Positions 1-14,886 of a stretch of DNA of 64,000 nucleotides are shown piece after piece. The translations under genes were made by a program, and so were the position numbers. The stretch lies in the NCBI GenBank assembly GCA_016906335.1, contig JADEYG010000007.1, positions 496,001-560,000 of the forward strand. Reading direction: 5' to 3'. Position 1 is the stretch's first letter, and each line of letters starts with the position of its first letter. The notes below the pieces were generated by a model, which saw nothing but the letters and a program-made list of their open reading frames with translations, was not told the DNA's origin and did no database searches. Origin of the DNA: Novakomyces olei. Lineage: Eukaryota.

Positions 1-3000
1 AAACTGCGTAAAATTGGATTTAGGAGTCCACACAAATTTTCGCAGGTCAGAGTACCGATACTTATGCTGTATTAAACGCATCTTGTTGTGATGCGCTTTT
101 TGTATCGAAGAAAGCCAGCGAAACAATTCGTCTGGGTTACCAATAGTGGCAGACAGGGCAGTAATGGGGCAGGCAGTAAATAATAAGAGCTGCTCCCAGA
201 TAGCACCGTCTTCATTTTCTCCTAAGCCCAGACTGTGAACTTCATCAAACACGATACGCTTTATCCTCGGTGTCCATTCACGGGCTAATGCCGGAGACAG
301 AACCATGTTTTGTAAAACTTCGGGGACAGTTACCAAAATCTGACAGCCTTCAGGATCATTGTTTGTGTACTCGGGCATTCCTACGGCCCAGACAGTTTTG
401 CCGGCAAACGGGTATTGCTTTGAAAATCGTGCATAAATTTCAGCTGCAATCTGATTCACAAGAGCCTTCGACGGAGCAATGTAAACCAGTATACCCGAGT
501 CATCTGCACGCAAAATTTGTTCCATTGAATAGAAAGAAATAAAAGTTTTACCCGCAGAAGTTGGAGCCACAACAAGCACCGATTCATTCTTATCCAATGC
601 ATCCAGTGTCTCCCGTTGCCACTTGTCAGGGTCAAAAGCAACACGATGATCAGGCGCGCTCTCCATGTTTCTCTCCATGTAATGGCCACAGTGAAGGAGC
701 TGAAAAGTCACAGACGTATATGGTACCTCAAGGTCGGCATCTTCATCGTCCAATTGAGGAATAGCAAACTGAAAATTCAGCTCTCTTTTTGGAGACGTTT
801 CCTTCTTTTCAATCGCGTCTGAAAGACCAAGAGCTCTTAGTGTCTGATTTAGTGCATCATAAATTGTGGCCGTTAAATCTGCTCTGTTGTACAATTCACC
901 TACTGCATTGAAAATCTCGACCGCCCAATATATGTTCTTCTCTTTATCATCTTCATCTTGGCAAAATCGTGCCCAAATAAATAGCATGATTTGTATACGA
1001 TATAATCGCATCTCCAAATCTATTGAAATATCACGCTCTCGGCCTTGTTCCAGAATCTGTGTCAAACGGGCGAGTCGTCTTTGTAAATCCTTAATGCGTG
1101 CGAGCTCTTGGCGCAAGTCACGCCATAGCGAAATCGATTTGTTTTCTAATTTATCCGCCTTTCGTGCCGCATTTTCTAGCCTAATTTGATCAGCCTTCGA
1201 AAGCTTGGGAGCTTTTTCCTTCTTTTCTTTCTTGTTGCTTTTACTTCCTGGCTTTTCCTTCGTCTCTTTTGTAGGTAGAGGCGTCTTCACGTTCGTAGAT
1301 ACCGGAACTTTGGAGCTGCCAGGAAGAATAGAAATACGGCTCAAAGACCGGCCTCTAGCTCCAGTCAAGGAGCTTGCGTATTTTTGGATATAGCTCATAA
1401 ATGCTTGATCCTGCTTTCTTGCACGACCCATTAAACGACGATCCTTTCGCGGATCCCCTGTTTTGACTGCTTTAATCGCATTAAGGTTTTTTGGCTTTCT
1501 AGCGACCTGGGGTGTCACAGATCCAAAGTCGATATACTTTATATCCGACTCTGTCGGCTCTTCAGTCTCCCACTCTGATTGCACGTCAAACTCTACGTCT
1601 TCAAACAGTCTAGCAAACAGGTCATCTTCATACGGCAAAAGGCTCTTTGCCGAAATATGTTGAAATTCTCTCCTCGGCTCGGATACTACATTCGAGTGAA
1701 CTTCAATCGCCAAACTTGAAACGTCAGTCACATTCGAAAATCCGGCAAGTTCCTGTAAAGTTTTGAAGGAGTCAGAGACGGATGGCGGAACATCAAATTT
1801 GCCTTGACTGAGCTGAAGAGCCATGATCGCAAAAAGCCGGCCATCAAAAACAAACCCAATATCGTCGGATGTCCCGGTCAAATCTTTACTCGTGGCGCCT
1901 TTGACTGAAGAATCCAGAAAAGGAATATATCCAGCGAGGAACTTTCCAAGTGGTGCTGTACTCAGAGACGGAACAGATGCAAAGCATCGGTGAGTCAATG
2001 GCAAATATTGCGCTACAGCATACTGTAGCAAAACAGCCTTAGCCAATGCTTCATTCTCCTTGTTAAACGATGTATAGGCTTTGACAGACGCCGCCAGTAT
2101 AAACTGTGACGGCTTATCTGCAATAGAGTCGTGGTCAATTTCTGGAGTATGGGCGAACTCGATCTTATCCAGTACGCTTGCCCTTGCTGAACGGAGTTCA
2201 TGAACGTTGAAGTTTTCCAAACCATCGTTTTGGAATGAAAAACATTTGATCTGCAACAAACGCAAAAATCAGTGAAGTCCACAAAAATATAAAATATTTC
2301 AAAAAAAAAATCATTACCTTTCCGTCCTGAATATCAAATGATTCGATAAATACAATTGTCCGGTATAGCTGGAAATATTCAAGGGAAAAAGACTCTAGAG
2401 CAAATGAGTTCTCCTTGTTGCTTAGACTGGACCCGTCAGACGCCAACATGGTGTACGGCTTGTAAATGCGTACATGTTGAAGCCATGCCGGATCCGTTGT
2501 ACACGTAAATGAGTAACATGGTATTTTTAAAGCGTGCTTTATATGAAAGCATAAAGCTGATCGAGCTAGAACAAGCGCATTGTCTCGCAAACCATTATCG
2601 TTACCACGAAATACTCGTTCAAACTCTTTTATGTAGTGAGTAATAGTTTATTTTAATAATAACAATCTTACCGTCAAAGAAAATAACATGAAACTGGCAC
2701 TTGCGGCTAGTGAACTCGTTCAAAATCCACTCGAGTCTCTCTATAGCGTGAAGAAGCTGGATACCATCGTTTCCAAGACAGAGAAATGGATCCGTCGCCA
2801 GATACGACACAAGTGCGTCACCGTGAATGAAAAATCTAAATTGGTTAAAATGAAACAAACTTAACGCAATAGAATGAAAAGATGTAATAGGCGGCAGTTT
2901 TAAAACTTGCTTCGCCAAGTTGTTATGCAAAGGGTTTTAGGTATAGAACCTATCTTGAAAAAGGAAAATAAGCTTACAAGTCTGCACCGACGACGTCGTC

Positions 3001-3081
3001 AACCAAATCCAGGAAAGACGGAACCAATTTCGACAAAGAGCTGTAAAATCCCCTGACTGAGGGGCTTACATCTAAAGTCAT
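1..3081 (-). CDS. DDX60-like Ski2-family DExD/H-box RNA helicase (multi-exon; 3' part runs off the window)
   Basis: ATG at 3081 (MTLDVSPSVRGFYS..LDLVDDVVGAD), GTAAG introns, N-terminal FFIHGDAL..QLLHAI..FHVIFFD block. The long minus exon gives PDKWQRETLD..VVAPTSAGKTFISFY (motif I), YIAPSKALVNQ (Ia) and DEVH (II). Confidence 0.85.
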
Positions 3082-3825
3082 GGCACTAAATCCTTTCACA
3101 AAAGACTCGATCAAGCCTTGGGTCTTCGTACGCAACGAGACTCAAACTTGAACTAGATCTTTTCAAAAGGAAGAATTGCACTTCAGTTGGTTGAGTCAAG
3201 AAATGGAATTAAGATTTATATTTTTAGAGAAATATTGGTATAGAAAAATTATTAAAGAAAAATTATTATAAAAAAATTATTGGAGAAGAATCATTGGAGA
3301 AGAATTATGTAAGAGAAGATACAATATAGTGTACCCAGATAATTTATCCCAATTGCAATTAAATAGAGTTTGCAAGTTATGCTAGAGGCCGAATCTGGGA
3401 GATTGAGATTATGAATCGCGAGCGACAAGTTAGGGTGTTCTGTCCAACTTTTTATACGAAATGGATTACTTCACATCGCTAAAGAAAACGACGAGATCGG
3501 CATTGGGGTAATTTGATTGTGGTTCAGAAAGATAAAGAATACGTGTGTCTGCCTGTCATTGGCAAAAATTTACCGTAGTCGTCTGTGAAGAAAATTTCTC
3601 TGGTGGATAATTGGCCTATTGTACCTTCATTTATTGACCCGCTTTTCGTTTGAAGAGCAGGCATTGCTCAACTGCACAATAAATTTTGTTTTTGTTTTTG
3701 GACGGAAAATCGAGACGGGGCCGGCACAAAAACAAAAGGCTTCAAACCTCTATCTTGGCCAGTGCTTTACATTTAAGCCGTAAGGGCTTTTGACTTTTTT
3801 TCTTGAATAAGGCCCTTATCACTTT

Positions 3826-4842
3826 ATGGTGGAGCCGTCTGCAGTTTTTTTCGTTAGACATGGTACTAGGTTAGACCAACAGGATTCAGTATGGCTTGCT
3901 AATGCTGCGACACCATATGACCCGCCTTTGACCTCGTCCGGCGTATTGCAATCGCAGAAAGCCGGTGCACAAATATATGATCAAGTGCGATTATCGGATC
4001 TACCGTTTCGTGACGCAGATCTGTCCGATTTCTATATTCATACGAGTCCGTTCAGACGATGTGTGGAAACGGCAAAGTCTATTGCTCAGGGAATGGTAAC
4101 AGCGAGCAATGAAACTTTCCCCTCAAAAATTCCCTGTGTGACAGTTGATTCTTTTCTTGGTGAATGGCTGAACCCCGAATATTTCGAGGATATGTCTCCC
4201 CCACCTCCCACTTCCAGCCTTTCACGGTCGGCAATGGCGCATTTGCGAGTTTTCCGGTCTAACAAAGGTTTCAATGCGCATAAGCTGGTTGAGTCTCTAC
4301 GCAGTGGAGGCCAGAGCGATGGCTCCAAGTCTGACAGCAGCTCTCGCTACCAAATGATCGAAGACTACAATCCAGACTCTTTTGGCGACGGTGGCAGCTA
4401 TGGTGAATCTTTTACAGCTCTGGAAAATAGAGTGATCGATGGATTCAGCCAACTTCTTAATTATCACAAGGATTTGGCTGCCAAGCGGTCGAACGGCCGC
4501 CCTTCCATTGTCGTATTAGTAACTCATGCAGCAGCTTGTAGAGCTCTCACTCAGTTGCTTACAGGACGTGCGGTGCTTCACGATTTTGCTTTTACCGCTC
4601 TGTCTATGGCAATACGTGACCCGTCGGCGAACGCCAAGACAGATGGAATTTCACGTAATGATCTGCGCGAGAGATTAAAGGATGATTTTGAATTAAAGCT
4701 AAATGCCTCAGAGATGCATCTGATCCGATCTGCAGTTTCAACACCCGTAATTTTACCTTCAAATTCGCCTTCAGAAGGTCTTTGGAGGTCTCGAAGTACG
4801 TCGATCTCGTCAATGAGCAACACACCAAGTACCTTACATTAG
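3826..4842 (+). CDS. Histidine phosphatase / phosphoglycerate mutase-like protein
   Basis: RHG catalytic motif, LT..G..Q, SPFRRC.ETA and C-terminal LVTH motifs in a 338-aa ORF. Confidence 0.85.
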   Translation: MVEPSAVFFVRHGTRLDQQDSVWLANAATPYDPPLTSSGVLQSQKAGAQIYDQVRLSDLPFRDADLSDFYIHTSPFRRCVETAKSIAQGMVTASNETFPSKIPCVTVDSFLGEWLNPEYFEDMSPPPPTSSLSRSAMAHLRVFRSNKGFNAHKLVESLRSGGQSDGSKSDSSSRYQMIEDYNPDSFGDGGSYGESFTALENRVIDGFSQLLNYHKDLAAKRSNGRPSIVVLVTHAAACRALTQLLTGRAVLHDFAFTALSMAIRDPSANAKTDGISRNDLRERLKDDFELKLNASEMHLIRSAVSTPVILPSNSPSEGLWRSRSTSISSMSNTPSTLH

Positions 4843-4891
4843 ATTGTTAATACCGTAAGGTATAATGTGCTGATGACCTAGAACAAAATTT

Positions 4892-6595
4892 TCAATTAAT
4901 ATATTCTTTTACTGTCTTGTTCCAATTTAGATCCCATTTATTTTGGGATTCTTTTAAGGCACCCTTTTTCAGCTTGTCGAGTTGTCCTTCGCGGCCTTTT
5001 GAGACTAGCGACTGCAAAAGCTGTGCTAAGCCTGTAGCATCTTGGAAAAGTACACCGTTCTCATTTTCGTACACAAGCTCGCTAATTCTTTATACAGTTA
5101 GAAAAAATATTTTGATTGCAATTAATTGTGATTATGAAAAAGGCCTGATATAAATAGAAAAATGGGCTAAAGTCCTCAATAAGCAGCATAAATAAAGATC
5201 ATAAGAATCAATAAATAGGCAAAACAGAATAAAAATAGGACAGATTTGGTTGTCAAGTCACTTACGCAGGGAACTTTAGGCTAGCAACAGGCACACCACA
5301 CCCAAACATATCCAAAATTTTCATGGGCAAGTCGACACCGCTTGAACTATAGTGCAAAGATACACCAAAATCTGCACAAGCCAAAAACAGTGGGTAGTCT
5401 GCGGCTTTTAGCCATATTGTTCGCACCTGCACTTTGTTGAGATTCATGCACTTGATAATCGCTTCATATTCTGCTTTCTGAGGGCCTTTTCCTGTAATAA
5501 ATACATCCAATGCAGGGGTATCCATGGTCTTATCGTACTTTGCAAGAGCGTCAAGCAGTATCTGTATATTTTCGTCGGGTGTCCAAGACGTTGCCGTAAC
5601 CAAAATGCGACTTGAAGGTTGTACTTTGAAGCCATAACGCGCCTCAAAGTTAGTAAGATACTTTTTTTTCTCACTCGGCGAAATGACTCGAAAATGATCT
5701 GCTGGTCGATCGTGCAAAACTATTGTACGCCGGGCACCCAAAGTCCTCAACTTCTCTTTCATTGCTTTTGTAACGGTCAAATTCAAGTCGGAGATAGTTG
5801 CAAAACGAGTCTCGTACCAGCGTGATAATCTACATAAGGGGCTCGACTCTCCAACTTTGAGAGCAAGTATTGACCAGCCAAAGTTGTGCCAGTCAACGAT
5901 CAGCTTGCTCTTGAATAAAAGACATGCTAGATATGCTAAAGCAAGTGTAGGGAGAGCCGGAGGATTCTGACGTCAAATGATTAGTTAATTTATTTATAAC
6001 ATTTTTGACAGACAGGAAACGAACGAAAAGAAAAACAAATGAAATGGCAATCCACCAAAAAAAAAACAAAAACTAAAAAACTAAAATAAGCGGCACAATA
6101 TTGAACAGCAGCAATTAATCAATATTAACTAATGAGCTAATGAACAGAGGCAGAAAGCCAAAATCAAACAATTAGAGCATTTATACCTGTACGAGTATAT
6201 ATTTTGGTCTGCGAAGGTGAAAAAGACACGCCATAAAAGTGAAAGCCTGCCAGAGTATCTTTACTGGCGCTAAAAGGAGTAATCGCAGGCGCGACTGCGT
6301 TGCAAATGGAAATTCAGCAAGACTGTGCAATTCAATATCGCGCTGAGACGTATCAAACAAGTCGGATCCTAATGTTAGTATTATCAATTAGAGCTTACCA
6401 CTTACCCTTGTACCCAATCAAATCGACATGAAACCCCGCCTTTGCTAAAGAGCTCGATTGGTACTGCATTCGTGGGCTTCGGCCGATATCGCCAAAGACG
6501 AGCACAGCAACGCTCTTACTCGTCGGAGTTTGCCGCCTTTGCCATACCAATGGCGCGACGAAGCCAAGAGTTATAAAGAGGACTAGCCACAACAT
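4892..6595 (-). CDS. ALG1: Chitobiosyldiphosphodolichol beta-1,4-mannosyltransferase (multi-exon)
   Basis: N-terminal TM helix, GDIGRSPRMQY, QNPPALPTL, IVDWHNFGWS, TSWTPDE and SSSGVDLPMKILDMFGCG across spliced exons. Confidence 0.95.
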
Positions 6596-7322
6596 ATGCA
6601 AAGCAATTGTCCCTTATAAAAATAGCCCGGCGCTCAATAAGGCTGCCAAAGCGACAAGAACAAATCTATTTCAGTCGTAGACCGTATTCAAATGTCATAA
6701 TTGCCGGAAACGTGGACACACGCGTAATATCACTCGTTTATTGAATTCGCGACGTAGTAATATTTATTATATACAGATCCTTAAGTATTTAGTGCTAAAA
6801 TAAAATAAGGTGAAACGAAATAAAAAATAAAAAAAGCTAGCAGCTAAAAGCTACGCGTGCTATGGCTTAGATTTCGGCCGTTCTCTTTTGCCGGAAAGTT
6901 GATCTGCTAAATTGCAGCCGCTCAATGGGAGGGTAAGCTGTCGTTTCTTATATATCTCTGCTTCTGATAGCCAAGCTTCTGCTAAACTGCTTCAGAACTC
7001 GGTTATGGCCGACATTGGCCCTTCTTCCTTTAGAGCTTACTCTATTGCACATCAGCGAAGAGAGGCAAGGTACAAGTGCAAATGGGAAAGTTCCTTTAAC
7101 AGCGTCACTCGCTGCCGTTTTCACGTATCTTTTTGTCCAATCGAATCGGGCGGGAACTGCTGGCAGGGTATATATAAGATTTCAGTGCTGGCCATTTCTA
7201 AATATATAGAAACAGTTTGATATGGTTGCGATACGTGAAGCGCTGTGTATGCTATGGTTTATTGCACTAATGGTTGTTGCTCCTGTAATACAGCCACAAG
7301 AGCTAAGTGCATCACGGTATGA

Positions 7323-9134
7323 TTGTCCATCTTGTTTTTATTTTTACTTCTTCTTCGCCTTCTTATACTAATGGATAGCATGATCACTCTTGTCATGGTG
7401 TGTGCTTTGGTTCCGACAAAATTGGTTATAGAGCGGATCTATACTCGAGGCGGTCAGACTACTGTGATCGGAATTGCCTTTATGTTATTGTTCCGGACTG
7501 TATTGAGCGAGTCGTATTCGCTGACAAGAATTTTGTGCCTGCCGCTATTTCCTACGTCATTCATCGTTTCCATTCTAGTGCTGGATCACTGCGGAAACTT
7601 TTCAGCAAAGAAGGAGCGTCAATCTATGCTTCTAGGCTTTGTCATTTCGCTCACATTGTTGGCGGTCGATTTTAGTCTTTTTGCGGGTTTTGTCAAAGTA
7701 TCTTTATGGCAAAGCATCGCTATTTCACTTTTGTTAATATTCTACTTCAGCCAAGAGTTTCCCATGCGTCCACTAGAGTTTGACGGTAGATTTGGAAAGC
7801 TGCTAGCTTTAATTACGATATCGGTTTTCATCATCGCCAAGACTATAGGCCTTGGTGTATCAGCATTTGATTTATTCCTCGCTTTGACCTTATACATTGG
7901 TAGGTCTATATGGAAAAAAATCCAAAATACTTACAGATCAGGCATTATAAACGGTTATTCTGCAGACGGCTCGGCAAAAACTTCCTTGAAGCTACGCGAA
8001 AATAAGTACCTTAAAAGCATTCTGTCCGACAAGGGCTCGCGCCAAATATTCTATTTTCTTATTCTAAACCTGTCGTTTATGGTTGTTCAGATGATGTATG
8101 GATACGTGACAAACTCGCTCGGTCTCATTTCCGACTCTATACATATGCTTTTTGACTGCTTTGCGCTATGCGTAGGTTTGCTGGCATCAGTAATGGCGAA
8201 ATGGCCTCCGAGTGAGCGTTTCCCATTTGGATTTTCCAAAGTCGAGACGCTCTCTGGCTTTGCCAATGCAGTTTTTCTAATGTTTATAAGCCTGAGCATT
8301 ATCGCAGAGGCCTTTCATCGTATTGTTCATCCTCAAGAGCTTTCCAACACTGGCCAATTGCTTGTCGTTAGCACCCTCGGTCTGCTTATTAACATTTTTG
8401 GCATGTTTGCGTTTAATCACGCTCATGTTCATCATGGCCACGGAGGATCTTGTGCGCATAGTCATGGTGCACCACAGGCCTCAGAAATTGTTCATGAACA
8501 CGATGTGGTCAAGCACAATCAAAATGGCCACGAGGAGCACGGCAATGGTTTCACTGACAAAAACCGTGATCATGACCACGATCATAGTCATAATCAAAAT
8601 CACAATCACAATCACGATCACAGTCACAGTCACGACCATCATCATGGCCATCAACACCATTCTCACAGTCACGCTAATGCCAATCTACATGGAATATTTC
8701 TTCATGTACTGGCAGATACAATGGGATCTGTGGGTGTAATTTTATCTACACTGCTGGTCAAAAAGTTTGGGTGGGCCGGGTTTGATCCACTAGCGTCCAT
8801 TCTCATTGCATTGCTAATATTTTTATCTGTTATTCCCCTATTGCAGTCATCAGCAAGTCAATTATTTTTGGGTCTTCCGTCCGAACACGTTTATACTCTG
8901 AAATCGGCACTGAGCGATATTAGCGTGATGCAGGGAGTGGCAAATATGGATACTCCTCGTCTATGGATGGACGGCAAAGGCGAGATTTCGGGCGTTATAC
9001 ACGTTCAAGTCAGTATCGACAGTGGTCTTGATGCAACAAAGCGGCGAATAGAGCGTCGGCTTTGTGATGAAAACAAGAATGCTACGGGTGTTCTCGTCCA
9101 GACTGACAGAGCACCTATTAATCCGCAAATGTAG
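7323..9134 (+). CDS. CDF-family zinc transporter (Msc2/Cis4/ZnT5-like); the true start is probably in upstream exons near 6925-7170
   Basis: NSLGLISDSIHMLFDC, a His-rich loop, NLHGIFLHVLADTMGSVGV, DPLAS, and extra N-terminal TM helices. Confidence 0.9.
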   Translation: MSILFLFLLLLRLLILMDSMITLVMVCALVPTKLVIERIYTRGGQTTVIGIAFMLLFRTVLSESYSLTRILCLPLFPTSFIVSILVLDHCGNFSAKKERQSMLLGFVISLTLLAVDFSLFAGFVKVSLWQSIAISLLLIFYFSQEFPMRPLEFDGRFGKLLALITISVFIIAKTIGLGVSAFDLFLALTLYIGRSIWKKIQNTYRSGIINGYSADGSAKTSLKLRENKYLKSILSDKGSRQIFYFLILNLSFMVVQMMYGYVTNSLGLISDSIHMLFDCFALCVGLLASVMAKWPPSERFPFGFSKVETLSGFANAVFLMFISLSIIAEAFHRIVHPQELSNTGQLLVVSTLGLLINIFGMFAFNHAHVHHGHGGSCAHSHGAPQASEIVHEHDVVKHNQNGHEEHGNGFTDKNRDHDHDHSHNQNHNHNHDHSHSHDHHHGHQHHSHSHANANLHGIFLHVLADTMGSVGVILSTLLVKKFGWAGFDPLASILIALLIFLSVIPLLQSSASQLFLGLPSEHVYTLKSALSDISVMQGVANMDTPRLWMDGKGEISGVIHVQVSIDSGLDATKRRIERRLCDENKNATGVLVQTDRAPINPQM

Positions 9135-9203
9135 ACTGCATTTCGATTTTTGGAATTAATATTATGTTTGGTTTAGTTCAATTAATACATGCATCACGAT
9201 CCA

Positions 9204-10733
<1,530 letters not shown>

Positions 10734-10926
10734 GTGCCTTGTCCACATTGGCGCGGTGTGGGGAATCTGGGGAAGTTCTCGGATTAGCGATAAATCCAGT
10801 AATATAAGCACCGGCCAGGGTTAGTTGGGGTTAGCCCATACACGAGAACCAGTGATTGCGCCTAATATTGATTGCTATTGGTTTATTTGCTATATTAGTA
10901 GGGGGGAAGGTTGAAAAATGAATATA

Positions 10927-10987
10927 TAATTGATTAATTAATGATTAATTGATTAATTAATGATTAATTGATTAATTAATTAATTGA
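10927..10987. repeat. AT-rich TGATTAATTAA-type repeat in a divergent promoter
   Basis: Repeated TGATTAAT(TAA) units seen directly. Confidence 0.8.
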
Positions 10988-11064
10988 GCTGCATAATAAA
11001 ACTAGAATTTATTCAGAAAATATAGCAAAACACATGTGGCTGTAGCTCTTAAGGCATGGCGTAA

Positions 11065-11542
11065 ATGTCGGACAGCTTGGAGGACGATGGTGCTTCCCAT
11101 AATGGTCGCACGGAGGACAGGAGAAGTGAGGAGAGCTCTTCATTAGGGTCTGATGTCTCTGGTGAGAACGCTTCGCAGCCAATAGACCTCGAGCAAGAGC
11201 TGCAGCAGCGGATACGCGATGCTATTGATTGCCGGTCTACGTACGATGAGGCTCTTGTCGCGCAGGCAAAGACGTAACACCTTATTCACATTCCTCTCTA
11301 ACACTCCAAGGTCGGCAGTTTTGCACCGTGAAATGGATGCGGCTCGGGACGCTCTAGCAGTAGCAGAAAGCTCTCTCGACAGGCGGCGACGATATTTGAA
11401 GGAGGGTTTGGCAACGGCGTTCGTTGTTAAACGAGATTTAGAGGCATTGGCTAAACGCGTTGAAAAGCTGCGCAGTGCAGTAGAAGAACGGCATCCCGTG
11501 GAATATTTCAGTTCGCGCAATAAATATCACGATCAATCGTAG
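11065..11542 (+). CDS. KxDL-motif protein (BLOC-1/BORC subunit KXD1-like)
   Basis: Two ORFs joined by a 37-nt intron (11274-11310). C-terminal coiled coil with KRDL..L.KRV..LR......HP.EY. Confidence 0.6.
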
Positions 11543-12172
11543 AATTTTTCTGCAGGAATTGCATACGACAGGCGAGTATTTTACAATTGCATTGGCCTTG
11601 TCGCCGTTTTCGCTGAATAAGGCGTTATATTACACGAAAACAGATTTGTCGCCGTATTTAGCAGGTGCGTGCCGTGCATTAGGGATAGCAAGGTCGTCAA
11701 CTCGTGGCCAGTAGCGTTTTAGTGGGACCCGTCTCGTGCATGCGCATAAAGGCGTTAAACCTTTAAAAATATATAATACAGCATATTCTAATCGTTGAAG
11801 TTGGGGTTAATACATTCAGGGTAGGAAATATACGTCGCGATACTTAAAGTAGAAAGCTTATCGTTGGAATATGAGCCTATGATCGCCTCACGTTATCTTT
11901 TGTTCATCCAATTCCCAATTCAGATTTGTTAATCGCGCGTGTCAGTTCTTGGCTTTAGCTGCACAGGATCTTGGCTTGATAATACATAGCCATACGCTGC
12001 CCAAGTGCTCCTATATCCTTTGCGGATTCAGCTGAAGCTTTCGTGAGTTTCTAATTCAAATAACTAGTCTCGTAAGAACTATTTCCAATCAATATTTAAA
12101 CATTTGTTAATACAAATATAATGTATAGCTGCACGCGCTACATGATAGATAATGGTGCGAAATAGGGTTATT

Positions 12173-12278
12173 CTTGTATAGTATTATAGTATTATTGTAT
12201 AGTATTATTGTATAGTATTATTGTATAGTATTATTGTTTAGTATTATTGTATAGTATTATTGTATAGTATTATTGTAT
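12173..12278. repeat. 13-bp minisatellite (GTATTATTGTATA)n
   Basis: About 7-8 tandem copies seen directly. Confidence 0.9.
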
Positions 12279-12318
12279 ATTCATTTACCGTAAATTATAA
12301 TAATATTAATATAATCCG

Positions 12319-12428
12319 ACGCGTCGCGTAATACAGCGCAAGACGATAGGGCGCTTGTTTCGGTGTCAAAGCTTAGAAACAGCAGCAGGTAAACGCCAAT
12401 GCCATTTTGTTGCTTGTTTTAAACGCGT
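12319..12428. promoter_or_regulatory. MCB (ACGCGT) elements upstream of CDC45
   Basis: ACGCGT at 12319-12324 (followed by CGCGT) and at 12423-12428. This is the MBF G1/S element typical of fungal replication genes. Confidence 0.55.
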
Positions 12429-12473
12429 CCGCTAACGTGGCACTCTGACCTGTGTACCTCTCATTAATGAATC

Positions 12474-14886
12474 ATGTACGTGCGACAGGACAGGTTACAT
12501 GAAGAGTTCTACAAAGAAATACAGGCCAGCACAGATGCTCAGTCTTCGACGCTAGCAATTGTTATTCTAGTTGCACTGGATATTGACGCAATCTGCGCCT
12601 GCCGCATGCTGTCGTCAATGTTAAAGCGCGATTATCTCCCTCACAAAATACACCCCGTCAATGGATACACGGATATGCAGAATGCGAATCGTGATTTTAT
12701 TGCAGAAAACGAAGATTTACGCTTCGTTATCCTCATTAATTGTGGCGCAATTGTTGACCTTTCGGAGATACTAACACCGCCTAATGCAAAAATATTTGTT
12801 CTTGACTCTAATCGGCCGGCAAACTTGGAAAACGCGTTCCAAGACAATGCTATCTACATGTTGGACGATGGTGATATTGAGCAAGGAATGGCTGACGTTC
12901 ATCGTGCCTGGTACAGTTTAAATCAATCAGTCGATGACTTTGGATACGAGGATTCTAGCGAAGAAGAAGAAAACTTGATTGAAGACGTTCCATCTGACGA
13001 TGAGTCTCGTTCCGGCTCAGAATCGGGTGGTGACTCGCCACGTGCAAAGCGTCGGCGGCGAGACGTAAGTTTTAATATGCATCATTTTTTAATAATTTAA
13101 AAGTTTCCATTTATTGTGGAACGATGTTGTCTTTAGTGTCTGTTTTATTTTTGAATTTATCATGCTCTTCCAAATTACGATTATTATTTCTGATCGAGAA
13201 TAATTTGGCTAATACCCAACAGTCCAACAACGAGGCCCCTGCTAGTCGCAATGAGATTCGCCGGCAGAGGCGTGATTGGAGCCGAACCATTTCCGAGTAC
13301 TACGCCAAAGGCACTTGGAAGGGCTCTTGCGCTTCCACTTTGCTTTACGGAATCGCCAATAGTTTGGGCCGTGAAGAAAACGACTCACTTTGGTACGCGA
13401 TTATAGGCATGAGCAGTTCTTGCGTATTTGGACAGCAGACTCTACATAAATACGTGGAGAATTATCGTTTATTTAAAGAGGAGGTAAACCGGTTAAATCC
13501 AGTTGAGCCGAGCAGCAATTCTTCGTCCGGCCAACCACCGTCGAGCCGATCTAATGGTCGTTCGCCAACCGATATGTCGATACGGGCGGAGGACGAATAT
13601 AGGTTCATGCTTGTACGACATTGGAGTCTCTATGACGCAATGCTACATTCGCCTTATTTAGCATCAAAGCTCAAAATCTATTCTGCCTACGGCATCAAGC
13701 GATTACACAAACTTCTTGCAAAAATGGGGTTTTCCCTACAAGAATGCCACCAGGTCTACACATATATGAATATGGATTTGAAACGGCTTTTAAGGGAGAA
13801 GCTGGCAAAGTTTAGTCGTGCTTATGGCTTGGACGAAGTAATATTTCCAAGTTTTGTTAGGTGTTGGGGATTTAAGTGTACACTCTCTGCTTCAGACGCT
13901 TGCTATGCTTTGTCTGCATACTTGGAAGCGGGACATGCTATTCGCAAAACCGATCCGAAATGGGTCCGATCTGACAAGAAACGAACGGAGGCTAATGAGG
14001 AGGACGAAGAAGCAAAGCAGCTTGATGAATGGCTGCAAAATTTTCATGATGCATACAGTGCACTTGGCGAGTAAGAATAAATAGAGCAATAAAGCAAACA
14101 AAATATAATAAATAAAACAATAAAGAGAAGAAGAGTATATGGTTGAATATATTGCTAACATTTGTGAACAGTGTCGACCGTATAAGACGTGCTTTACCAG
14201 TGGCTATGACTTTACAACGAGCAATAATGCGAATCGGTACAGCATTAATCCAGAAAAGACAAATAAAAAGTTTGCGGTCATTTCGTATTGCCGTTCTAAA
14301 AGACGTCGGCTCTTCTAGTGCTGCTACAGGAGCAGATTTGGGCATATTTTCGCATCCAATGACATTACACAAGCTTGCCTTATGGGTGGCCGAAGTTATT
14401 AATGTAATTTTCTTGCCCTTCGTTAGATTTTAAGTTTGATTCATACTTATGACTGCGCTGCTGTTGCTTTATGATTTCGTTTGTTGATCTACTGATTCTT
14501 TCTCTTTTCATAAATAAATAACAACATTTTTTTTCTCTTTTCGTGCTCATATATTGACGTTACAGGACCAAGAACGGGAGCAAGGAAAAGCAAAGCATTT
14601 GCCCTTTGTTATGGCATGCTTGAACCCTGTCACCAACAGCTTCTTGGTTGTTGGCACCAACGCATCCAGTTCTGCGGCGCTACAGGGTGACAATGAAGGC
14701 AGTCTCCTGTCCAGCTTTCACGGGACTGGGGTGAACAGGTTCGGAATTGCTTTTCAACAAGTAGCATCTGATACCAAATGCCGTGTAAAAATTGACAATT
14801 TCGAGGCTAGTGTTATTGAATGTAACAAGGAAGACTTGGCCGGATTTTTGGAAGCCTTGAGCATGCACAATGTACAAAACTTGTGA
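12474..14886 (+). CDS. CDC45: DNA replication factor Cdc45 (4 exons)
   Basis: LVALDIDAICAC, LINCGA, DSNRP, acidic insertion, LVRHWSLYDAM, LLAKMG, NRFG.AF, FEASVIE. Confidence 0.97.

Noticed and set aside
11900-12050. Possible minus-strand micro-exon (KLTKASAESAKDIGALGQ) or plus-strand H/ACA-like hairpins
   Set aside because: No start exon or convincing H/ACA box arrangement could be assembled.
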